Positions 1 to 7,680 of a DNA stretch of 64,000 bases are shown piece by piece. Made by a program: the position numbers and the translations under genes. Under the pieces are notes generated by a model. That model was not told the origin of the DNA. It saw only the letters and a program-made list of their open reading frames with translations, and did no database searches. Where the stretch lies: positions 64,001 to 128,000 of the forward strand of contig JBBIRS010000001.1 of assembly GCA_037441675.1 (NCBI GenBank), written 5' to 3'. The DNA comes from Planctomycetales bacterium (GTDB taxonomy: Bacteria > 4484-113). Position 1 is the first letter of the stretch; each line of letters starts with the position of its first letter.

Positions 1-1
1 T

Positions 2-199
2 GAACTGCGTATAAAAGGATGGGTTAAGAATCTGATGAATGGCGATGTAGAAGTTGTGGCTATCGCACCTAGTAGCGAAGTCTTTGATGAGTTCCTGAAG
101 AAGCTTTCAGCCGGTCCCTCCACCGGTCGCGTCACAAATCTAAAAGTGGATGATATGCTTGAAGTTCCCGAGTGTTCGAATTTTGAAATTAGGTATTAA
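2..199 (+). CDS. acyP: Acylphosphatase, 3' part (truncated by window start)
   Basis: Manual translation of frame 2 gives ELRIKGWVKNLMNGDVEVVA...SAGPSTGRV...FEIRY*, matching the acylphosphatase GWV(R/K)N..G.VEV...GP...F.I pattern. The stop TAA is at 197-199 and overlaps the 3' end of purE. Confidence 0.85.
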   Translation, partial: ELRIKGWVKNLMNGDVEVVAIAPSSEVFDEFLKKLSAGPSTGRVTNLKVDDMLEVPECSNFEIRY

Positions 200-686
200 T
201 TCTTGCATTAGCACTTTTAGCATCCATCTCAAACTTTTGGCGGTATTTGCGTAATTTCTCGCTTAACCCAATCTTCTTTCCAGAACTCGTGAGAGAAATT
301 ATCTCTACTGCTAGAAGCCCCGCATTTATCGCTCCACCGATTGCTACTGTTGCTACTGGAACTCCCGCTGGCATTTGCGCGATGGAAAGAAGAGAATCTA
401 AGCCGTTAAGAGATGCAGGAATTGGAACACCTATCACTGGTTTGGTTGTTAAGCTCGCAATCACTCCAGGTAGATGAGCTGCCATTCCAGCCATCGCAAT
501 AAAAACTAGAGCATCTTTTTCTAATTCTACGAGTTTCTCGCGTAAATATTTGGGAGAGCGGTGAGCTGATGCAACTATTAGAGTACTACTGACTTCAAAT
601 GTGTTTAGAGTATTAATGCATTCCTTAGCGATGTCTAAGTCACTTTTGCTTCCAAGAATTATTGCTACTAATGGTTTAGAATTCAT
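189..686 (-). CDS. purE: N5-carboxyaminoimidazole ribonucleotide mutase
   Basis: Motifs GSKSD, SAHRSP, AGMAAHLPG, PVIGVP, GLDSLLSIAQMPAGVPVATV. Confidence 0.97.
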   Translation of the reverse strand: MNSKPLVAIILGSKSDLDIAKECINTLNTFEVSSTLIVASAHRSPKYLREKLVELEKDALVFIAMAGMAAHLPGVIASLTTKPVIGVPIPASLNGLDSLLSIAQMPAGVPVATVAIGGAINAGLLAVEIISLTSSGKKIGLSEKLRKYRQKFEMDAKSANARINT

Positions 687-771
687 GTTCAGTAATCACC
701 TTATCAGATAAACTATTCTAGCAGTAACAACTTAAGATGTATAATTCCGCCTTTAAATACTGGAAATACTT

Positions 772-1953
772 ATGTTCAGACGGGTTTTCTTAATAGTTCT
801 AGATGGGTTGGGTGTTGGTGCCCTTCCAGATGCAAGCAGATTCGGTGATGAAACTTCTGCGACATTTCAGCATATTTTTGATGCGGTAAAGCCAAACGTT
901 AGAACGCTCCTTTCACTGGGACTTGGCAACATAGCTTACCACTCGGAGATTCCACTCATTAGTTATCCCAGAGCCTTTTGGGGCAGGATGAGTGAAAAAA
1001 GTGCTGGGAAGGACACGACTAGTGGGCATTGGGAGATGATGGGAATTATTAGGAAGGGCGAACCAAGAACCTTTCCGAATGGCTTTCCCCAAAGCCTAAT
1101 TGATGAACTCTCAAGGCATAGTGGCTATGAATTTCTGGGGAATAAGCCAGCCTCCGGAACAGAAATTATAAAAGAACTAGGTGAGGAGCATATAAGGACT
1201 GGAAAGCTTATCATTTACACAAGCGCTGATTCAGTTCTACAAATTGCGGCTCACAAAGAAGTGGTGAGCCTAGAAGAACTTTACCGAGTTTGTGAAATTG
1301 CTAGAAGTATCTGCCAAGGTGAGTGGGAGGTAGATAGAATTATCGCTCGTCCTTTCATAGGTTCAAATAGAGATAGTTTCGTACGAACGTATGAAAGAAG
1401 AGACTTTAGCTTAACTCCTCCTAGAAACTATCTAGACAACCTTTTAGAGAAAAATATTCCGGTATTCTTAGTAGGAAAGCTGGGAGACATTTTCCCGAAT
1501 GCTCAAGGTGCTAAAAATATACATACAGGGAATAATCAGGACACTATGAGCCAATTGGACGTTCTGGTTTCTTCAGAATTTTTTGGTCTAATCTTCGCTA
1601 ATCTCATAGACTTTGACAGTCTCTATGGACATCGTAATGACACTAAAGGTTATGCTAGGGCTTTGGAGGAGTTTGATCAATGGTTGATCTTCTTTCTAAG
1701 TAAGTTATCAAAGGAAGATTTGTTAATTCTCACTTCTGACCATGGTAATGACCCAACTACATCCTCCACTGATCATTCAAGGGAGTATGCTCCGATCCTC
1801 GTCTATTCTCCATCCCTGGAACATACAAAGTTAAAGAAACACTTAGAAGACCGTGAGAGCTTTGCAGATGTAGGGGCAACAATAGTTGATAATTTTGGTA
1901 TAAAGCCACAACTGGCTGGAAAGTCCTTCCTGGATGTGCTTAAACAGTTCTAG
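772..1953 (+). CDS. deoB: Phosphopentomutase
   Basis: Motifs VLDGLGVG..PDA..FGD, GKDTTSGHWE, YTSADSVLQIAAH, DFDSLYGHRND, TSDHGNDPT, TDHSRE. Confidence 0.96.
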   Translation: MFRRVFLIVLDGLGVGALPDASRFGDETSATFQHIFDAVKPNVRTLLSLGLGNIAYHSEIPLISYPRAFWGRMSEKSAGKDTTSGHWEMMGIIRKGEPRTFPNGFPQSLIDELSRHSGYEFLGNKPASGTEIIKELGEEHIRTGKLIIYTSADSVLQIAAHKEVVSLEELYRVCEIARSICQGEWEVDRIIARPFIGSNRDSFVRTYERRDFSLTPPRNYLDNLLEKNIPVFLVGKLGDIFPNAQGAKNIHTGNNQDTMSQLDVLVSSEFFGLIFANLIDFDSLYGHRNDTKGYARALEEFDQWLIFFLSKLSKEDLLILTSDHGNDPTTSSTDHSREYAPILVYSPSLEHTKLKKHLEDRESFADVGATIVDNFGIKPQLAGKSFLDVLKQF

Positions 1954-2043
1954 AATCATTTCAGCGTAAAAGAAAAAATTCAAGAGTAAAATATTAAGAA
2001 TATTTATCTATGTTATAAAAAGCGAAATTTTTTCTTCTTCCTC

Positions 2044-2072
2044 TTGCTTTAGTTCAAAGTCAGTGGTATTGT
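2044..2072 (+). promoter_or_regulatory. Putative sigma70-type promoter for mtrB-hypA-tsaD
   Basis: TTGCTT-N17-TATTGT with TG at the extended -10 position. An AGGAGG RBS precedes the mtrB GTG start. Confidence 0.4.
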
Positions 2073-2112
2073 ATTAAGCACTTTAATCTTAGTTTTAAGG
2101 AGGATACGCTAA

Positions 2113-2382
2113 GTGGAGTTCGAACTTCTTCAGGATTACGTGGTAATAAAGGCTCTAGAAAGTGGTGTAGCCGTAGCCGGTTTGACGCGAGGCGAGGAGA
2201 CAAAGTTTCTGCATTCTGAAAAACTAGAGCGCGGGGAGGTGCTTGTGGCGCAGTTTACTAAGCACGTTGCGGTAATGAAGATTCGTGGCCATGCTAGGAT
2301 TTGGACAAAATACGGGACTGTGGATGCTGAAAGCGAAGTTGAAGCTAGGTATGCTCATCACGCTCCGCGAGAAGAAACCTAG
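2113..2382 (+). CDS. mtrB: trp RNA-binding attenuation protein (TRAP) homolog
   Basis: DYVVIKALE.GV...GLTRG..TKF.HSEKL..GEVLVAQFT.H....KIRG aligns without gaps to the Bacillus TRAP sequence as I recall it. Strong RBS. Confidence 0.93.
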   Translation: MEFELLQDYVVIKALESGVAVAGLTRGEETKFLHSEKLERGEVLVAQFTKHVAVMKIRGHARIWTKYGTVDAESEVEARYAHHAPREET

Positions 2383-2385
2383 GTA

Positions 2386-2799
2386 ATGCACGAGCTTAGC
2401 CTTGCCACAGAACTTGTGGCTGTGCTTCAATCAGTAGCTAAAAAACATAAGCTCTCAAGTGTTAAAAGCGTCAAAATAGGCTTAGGACCACTGTCCGCCG
2501 TTCACGTTCCGACATTTTGCGACGCCGTATCATTACTTGCCGAACTGGAAGGATTCCCAGCACTAACCTTGTCAATTAATTTGCTACCACTAATGCTTGA
2601 GTGTTTGGATTGTGGTGAGTTTAAGCAGTTTCCGATCTCAGAGCGCGGATACATTGATCCTATTCATAACCCCGAAGGTGAAGAATTTCCGCGTTCTTGC
2701 CCGAAGTGCGGTTCAAGTAAGATTCGATTCGTTGATGCAACCGCAATAGTACTTCAAGAGATTGAGGGAGATAGAGCCAATGGCAGTTCTTGCAATTGA
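2386..2799 (+). CDS. hypA: Hydrogenase maturation nickel metallochaperone HypA
   Basis: N-terminal MHE Ni-binding motif, plus CLDC and CPKCGS zinc-binding pairs. Confidence 0.9.
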   Translation: MHELSLATELVAVLQSVAKKHKLSSVKSVKIGLGPLSAVHVPTFCDAVSLLAELEGFPALTLSINLLPLMLECLDCGEFKQFPISERGYIDPIHNPEGEEFPRSCPKCGSSKIRFVDATAIVLQEIEGDRANGSSCN

Positions 2800-3793
2800 G
2801 AGTTCCTTTGATGACACTGGATTAGCGGTGGTAGAGAATGACTTTACCGTCACCTTCTCTTTGCTTTCCTCATCAGTAAACTTGCATGCCCCTTACGGTG
2901 GGATTATCCCTGAACTTGCCTCAAGAGATCATCTTAAAAATCTCCCTATTGCGCTCAACAAACTTATTCAACAACACAAAAACATCCTTGATAATTTAGA
3001 TGCTCTAGGCGTAACGATGGGACCGGGGCTACCGGGTTGTCTACTGGCTGGAGTTAATTTCGCTCGTGGTATAGCTTACGCACTTTCTAAGCCTCTCTAT
3101 GGGTTAAACCACCTTGAAGGTCATTTGTTCTCTCCCTTTTTTGGTACTCACTTAAAAGAGATACCGTTTCCCTTTATTGGGCTGATAATTACTGGAGGAA
3201 ACACCGTTTTGTATTTAGCGCGAAATTTTAATGAATGTGTCTTACTTGGACAGACACTAGACGATGCGGTAGGTGAATTGTTTGATAAGGTTGCTTTCAA
3301 GTTGAATCTTGGCTACCCTGGTGGGAAGAGACTAGAGGAGGAAGCAAAAAAAGTGATTGGTAGTAGCGTGCCCAAGGAGTTTTCACTTCCCGTCCCAATG
3401 AAACACAGTGGAGACTTAAACTTTAGCTTCTCAGGCTTAAAGACCGCAGCGCTCAAGTTAATTCAACGCCAAGATATTTTAAGGTATCCAGAGAAGATAC
3501 CATACCTAGCTTATTCCTTGCAGGTTAGTGCTTGGGAATCACTTTGGATAAAGCTAACTCACGCTTTGGCTCTTACCGGTGTAAGGGTAATTTCAATTAG
3601 TGGAGGGGTATCTCTAAACCAGTTTTTTAGAGATTATGTTACTGAGCGAGCTCTTTCTAAGTCTCTAAAGGTCACTTTTCCGAAGCCTAATCTTTGTATG
3701 GACAATGCGGAAATGATGGCGTATCTCCTCATACTTAGAATGGAAAATAATGAACCGCCACAGGACTTTGACATTGACGCAAATTTAATTTAG
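2780..3793 (+). CDS. tsaD: tRNA N6-adenosine threonylcarbamoyltransferase TsaD
   Basis: Motifs LAIESSFDDT, GGIIPELASRDH, GPGL, NHLEGH, TLDDAVGELFDKVA..L.LGYPGG, FSFSGLKTA, DNAEM. The ATG at 2780 is preferred over the ORF-track start at 2762. Confidence 0.95.
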   Translation: MAVLAIESSFDDTGLAVVENDFTVTFSLLSSSVNLHAPYGGIIPELASRDHLKNLPIALNKLIQQHKNILDNLDALGVTMGPGLPGCLLAGVNFARGIAYALSKPLYGLNHLEGHLFSPFFGTHLKEIPFPFIGLIITGGNTVLYLARNFNECVLLGQTLDDAVGELFDKVAFKLNLGYPGGKRLEEEAKKVIGSSVPKEFSLPVPMKHSGDLNFSFSGLKTAALKLIQRQDILRYPEKIPYLAYSLQVSAWESLWIKLTHALALTGVRVISISGGVSLNQFFRDYVTERALSKSLKVTFPKPNLCMDNAEMMAYLLILRMENNEPPQDFDIDANLI

Positions 3794-3892
3794 TCATTGA
3801 GGGTTATTCTCAAAGAGTAAAATTCGTGGCTCTTTACCACTGGTGGTGTTGACAAATATGTTAATCGGATAAACAGAGTAACTGAGAAACTT

Positions 3893-4744
3893 TTAAGCGA
3901 TAAAAGTGCTCAACACTTCTTCAAGCCCAATTTCCTTCTTTGCTCCAGATTTCTCTCTTAGAGCTTCCAGCACTCTTTCATACTCATCTACTTCTTCCTG
4001 ATAGATAACTCCGATTGGAATATAATCCTTAGTTCGAGCAATTCTATACGCAAGTTCCTTCTCTGAAACATCTCTCTCCTCTTCATCAAGGTATCTGAGT
4101 TTTGCCCTTATATCCTTAAAAATCTGCATACCTCCGCGATAAGTTGGGCAAGGGGATATACAGTTTATGAATGAAAACCCCTTATGCTTGATAGCTTTAA
4201 TAATGAGCTCCACAAGATGTTTGGTGTCCCCTGAAAAAGCCTGCGCTACAAATGTAGCGTTAAAGGAGAGGAGCATTTCCAAGGTGTTAAGAGGTCGCTC
4301 ATAAGTGCCCAAAGGTGTGCTACTTGAGTAAATTCCCAATGGGCTAGTTGGTGATTGCTGTCCCTTGGTTAATCCATAAATTTCATTGTCCATCACAAGA
4401 TAGGTTATATCAATGTTCCTTCTCGCAGCATGAGGTATGTGCCCGATCCCGATTGAATATGCATCTCCATCTCCGCCAGCTGCAATTACGGTAAGATGTG
4501 GATTAGCAATTTTCACACCGGTTGCAATTGGCAGGGTCCTTCCATGAATAGAGTTAAAGCCATAAACGTTCAAATAACCTGCTATGCGTGATGAGCAACC
4601 AATGCCAGTAACGATAACGATATTTTCCTTACGTAACCCCAATGCAGAAAATGCTTGAGTAAAAGCCGCAAGGACCCCAAAGTCTCCACAACCTGGGCAC
4701 CAGACGGGTTTCAGATTTGTTTTATATTCAGTTGCGACTGCCAT
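3893..4744 (-). CDS. korB: 2-oxoacid:ferredoxin oxidoreductase subunit beta
   Basis: Motifs WCPGCGD, GIGCSSR, HGR, the GGDGD TPP-binding motif, DNEIYGLTKGQ.SPT and SPCPTY. Confidence 0.93.
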   Translation of the reverse strand: MAVATEYKTNLKPVWCPGCGDFGVLAAFTQAFSALGLRKENIVIVTGIGCSSRIAGYLNVYGFNSIHGRTLPIATGVKIANPHLTVIAAGGDGDAYSIGIGHIPHAARRNIDITYLVMDNEIYGLTKGQQSPTSPLGIYSSSTPLGTYERPLNTLEMLLSFNATFVAQAFSGDTKHLVELIIKAIKHKGFSFINCISPCPTYRGGMQIFKDIRAKLRYLDEEERDVSEKELAYRIARTKDYIPIGVIYQEEVDEYERVLEALREKSGAKKEIGLEEVLSTFIA

Positions 4745-4750
4745 ATAGTC

Positions 4751-6559
4751 CTATTCCTTAAACGAGATTTCTGATGCGATTGTCACTATCTTTTTTCCCT
4801 CTTGCAATTCTTTCAAGCTAAGAGCCGATTTTATGAAGCTAATTACCTCTCCCACGGTAAGCGGGATACCGCCTGCTCTGGAATACTGATATACGTTTTC
4901 AGGCAGATCCAAATGTGCCCTAATATACCTATAGAACTGGTGAGAGTAACTTTGCTCAACGAATATAACAGCACTTACGCCAGTAAGCGCCTTACTAATA
5001 GCTGAAACAGGCAATGGGTGCAATAAACGTGGGATTATGCACTTAACCTTAAGCTTGTTACTACAAAGCTCCTTTACGATTTCTTTCAGAATGCCTTTGG
5101 TGGAACCCCATCCCATTAAGGCAATGTCCGCGTCCTCGGGCCCATATGTCCTTAAGAGTGGATGCTCCTCCGAAATCTGGAGCAGCTTCTTTGCTCGTTT
5201 TTCACTCATCTTGATATGCATTTGAGTGGTTGAGCTTGGATTTCCTATTGGGTCATGCTCTATTCCTACTGCGGTATACTGGTGATTCGGCATACCAGGA
5301 ATAGCCGTAGGGGAGATTCCATTCGGCACTAAAGCGTACCGTTGGTAACGTTCCTCTGGGTTATCATTTGCTAAATCTCTATAGATTTTTTCTATTTCTA
5401 AGCCATTGAAGCTTGGGAATGCTTCCTTTCTCTGTGAAATAAACTGGTCGCTAAGTATTATTACTGGTAGTTGAAACTTCTCTGCGATATTAAACGCATC
5501 AATAGCAGTAAAGAAGCAGTCTTCAACATCAACGGGAGCAAGAACCGCTCTTGGTGCGTCGCCATGCCCTCCATAAACTGCAATCTGCAAATCAGCCTGT
5601 TCAGTTCTAGTGGGAATTCCAGTAGAGGGCCCCGTTCGCTGGACGTCAACCACAACTAATGGAATCTCAGCCATTGATGCAAGACCGATCATTTCGGTTT
5701 TCAGGCTCATCCCGGGTCCACTAGTTCCGCACATCGCTTTAACTCCAGCATAGGAAGCGCCAATAGCCATTCCCACAGCGGCTATTTCGTCCTCAGCCTG
5801 CATAACAGTTCCGCCAAATTTGGGCATATAGGTGGAAAACCATTCTAGGATTTCACTAGCGGGGGTAATTGGATAGCCTGCGTAAAACCTACATCCAGCG
5901 AGCAAGGCGCCGAAGCATAAAGCCTCGTTGCCGGTCATAAATAGTTTTGCTTCCCCCTTCTCGTACTGTAAAGTTGTGTCGACTTTTCCACTAAAGTGTT
6001 CTCGAACGTAAAGCCGAGCTGTTTCAATTGCGGTCAAATTAGCCCTTAGAACTTCCTCCCCCTTTCGCTTAAACTTTTCCTCAACCGCATTGTTTACTGC
6101 CTTTTCAGGCCAATTAATAAGCTCAATCACAGAACCAATCAGAGCCATATTCTTCGCTAGTTTAGTTCCTGCCTTTTCTTCCGCTATCTTCTCGAAAGGT
6201 ATCTTGTGTATGCGAGGAATTAAGTGTTTAGGGATTGGAATTTCACTTTCAGGGGTGTTGTCATATTCATCAACAAAAATGGCGCAATCTTCTGCCAATG
6301 TGTATTCTTCTACGAATCGATGAAAATCCTGCCACTGGAATACGAATAGCACATCGAGGCAATCTCCCGGTGAAAGAATTTCATCGTGGGATAGGCGAAT
6401 TCTACAGGAGCTTTCACCCCCCCGAATTTGGGGACCATAACTCTTTGTTAAAAAAACATTAAGCCCCTCATGGGCAGCGGCGCGGGCTAATATTTCTCCA
6501 GCTGAAATAACACCGTCTCCTCCGCTTCCAACAATAGCCAGCACAATGTCTCTTCTCAT
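4751..6559 (-). CDS. korA: 2-oxoacid:acceptor oxidoreductase subunit alpha (gamma-alpha fusion)
   Basis: N-terminal gamma domain (GSGGDG, YGPQIRGGES), then YAGYPITPASE, QAEDE, TSGPG and QRTGPSTGIPTRTEQAD. Confidence 0.93.
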   Translation of the reverse strand: MRRDIVLAIVGSGGDGVISAGEILARAAAHEGLNVFLTKSYGPQIRGGESSCRIRLSHDEILSPGDCLDVLFVFQWQDFHRFVEEYTLAEDCAIFVDEYDNTPESEIPIPKHLIPRIHKIPFEKIAEEKAGTKLAKNMALIGSVIELINWPEKAVNNAVEEKFKRKGEEVLRANLTAIETARLYVREHFSGKVDTTLQYEKGEAKLFMTGNEALCFGALLAGCRFYAGYPITPASEILEWFSTYMPKFGGTVMQAEDEIAAVGMAIGASYAGVKAMCGTSGPGMSLKTEMIGLASMAEIPLVVVDVQRTGPSTGIPTRTEQADLQIAVYGGHGDAPRAVLAPVDVEDCFFTAIDAFNIAEKFQLPVIILSDQFISQRKEAFPSFNGLEIEKIYRDLANDNPEERYQRYALVPNGISPTAIPGMPNHQYTAVGIEHDPIGNPSSTTQMHIKMSEKRAKKLLQISEEHPLLRTYGPEDADIALMGWGSTKGILKEIVKELCSNKLKVKCIIPRLLHPLPVSAISKALTGVSAVIFVEQSYSHQFYRYIRAHLDLPENVYQYSRAGGIPLTVGEVISFIKSALSLKELQEGKKIVTIASEISFKE

Positions 6560-6737
6560 ACGTTTACCTGAAATAAAGGATGTAAAATAATGGAATTTGA
6601 GATTAAATTGTAGTGTCTATAAACCATTTTGTCTATGCGTTTCAGTATGAGTACTGATTTCCACTAATTCTGATACCTCAAAGAGGTATTGTGTTAATTT
6701 AATATATGCTCTAGCAGAGAAACTTTAAGATTTAGAT

Positions 6738-6810
6738 GCGCCTGTAGCTCAACGGATAGAGCGACGGACTTCGGATCCGTAGGTTGGGGGTTCAAATCCC
6801 TTCAGGCGCG
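6738..6810 (+). tRNA. tRNA-Arg (anticodon TCG), CCA not encoded
   Basis: Cloverleaf: acceptor GCGCCTG/CAGGCGC, D arm GCTC...GAGC, anticodon arm ACGGA-CT-TCG-GA-TCCGT, T loop TTCAAAT, discriminator G. Confidence 0.95.
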
Positions 6811-6885
6811 TTTTTTTAGCCTTTGGTGATAGTATGCTTAGCCCGTTATAATATTTCATTATTTCCAAGCGTCAGGAGGAAAACA

Positions 6886-7665
6886 ATGGTAGCTTTCACA
6901 CGTTATAGTTGTGTGGTCATGCTATTTCTACTTCTATATTGTGTAAAGGATGTTCTCGCTTTAACAGATTTCAAGCTAAATGAGGAGACAGTTTCTTTCC
7001 TAACGAAAGATGGAGTAAAGATATTTGGCTCGCTTTACCTACCAGGCAGGACAAAGGGGAAAGTTTCCGCTGTTCTACTATTGCATCAGCTGGGGAAAGA
7101 TAGAAGGTCGTGGAACGTATTAATTCCAAATTTACTCAAGGAAAAATACGTCGTTCTTGCGATTGATCTGCGAGGGCATGGCGATAGTACTACGTTTGAT
7201 GGTAAACCTTACTTTTACTCGGATTTCTCTAACAGTGACTACGCCTTAATGATTGAGGATGTTCGCTCGGCTGTTGAATACCTAAAGAGTCGTGGTGAGG
7301 TGAGGGCTGACCGTATTGGAATTATTGGTGCTTCTATCGGCGCAAACTTGGCGCTTCAATACGCATCCGAAGACAGAAATGTAAGAACGGTTATCCTTCT
7401 ATCCCCGGGAGAAAATTATAGAGGGCTTGAGATTTTACCATTCTTAGAGGCATACAGTAGACGAGCACTCTTAATAGTTGTTTCAGAGAAGGACACTTAT
7501 TCATTGGTTAGTTCCCAGAAGTTAAAAGAACACGCTGTGCAAGCTAGTCCTTGCAAGTTAAAAATCTATCCTGGCGGTTTACATGGAACCGACTTAATGA
7601 ATATTTCTAACGGCTTACCGTCAATTATCGTCGCCTGGTTACAGAATCATTTACCCAACGGCTAA
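6886..7665 (+). CDS. Secreted alpha/beta-fold hydrolase
   Basis: Signal-peptide-like N-terminus, DLRGHG, the GASIG nucleophile elbow and a C-terminal His (LHGTD). An AGGAGG RBS precedes the ATG at 6886. Confidence 0.85.
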   Translation: MVAFTRYSCVVMLFLLLYCVKDVLALTDFKLNEETVSFLTKDGVKIFGSLYLPGRTKGKVSAVLLLHQLGKDRRSWNVLIPNLLKEKYVVLAIDLRGHGDSTTFDGKPYFYSDFSNSDYALMIEDVRSAVEYLKSRGEVRADRIGIIGASIGANLALQYASEDRNVRTVILLSPGENYRGLEILPFLEAYSRRALLIVVSEKDTYSLVSSQKLKEHAVQASPCKLKIYPGGLHGTDLMNISNGLPSIIVAWLQNHLPNG

Positions 7666-7680
7666 TAATGGTGGGCACAA

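Noticed and set aside
6680..6710. TTGTGTTAATTTAATATA upstream of korA as a Rex-like operator
   Set aside because: Only one half-site resembles TTGTGAA, and the palindrome is poor.
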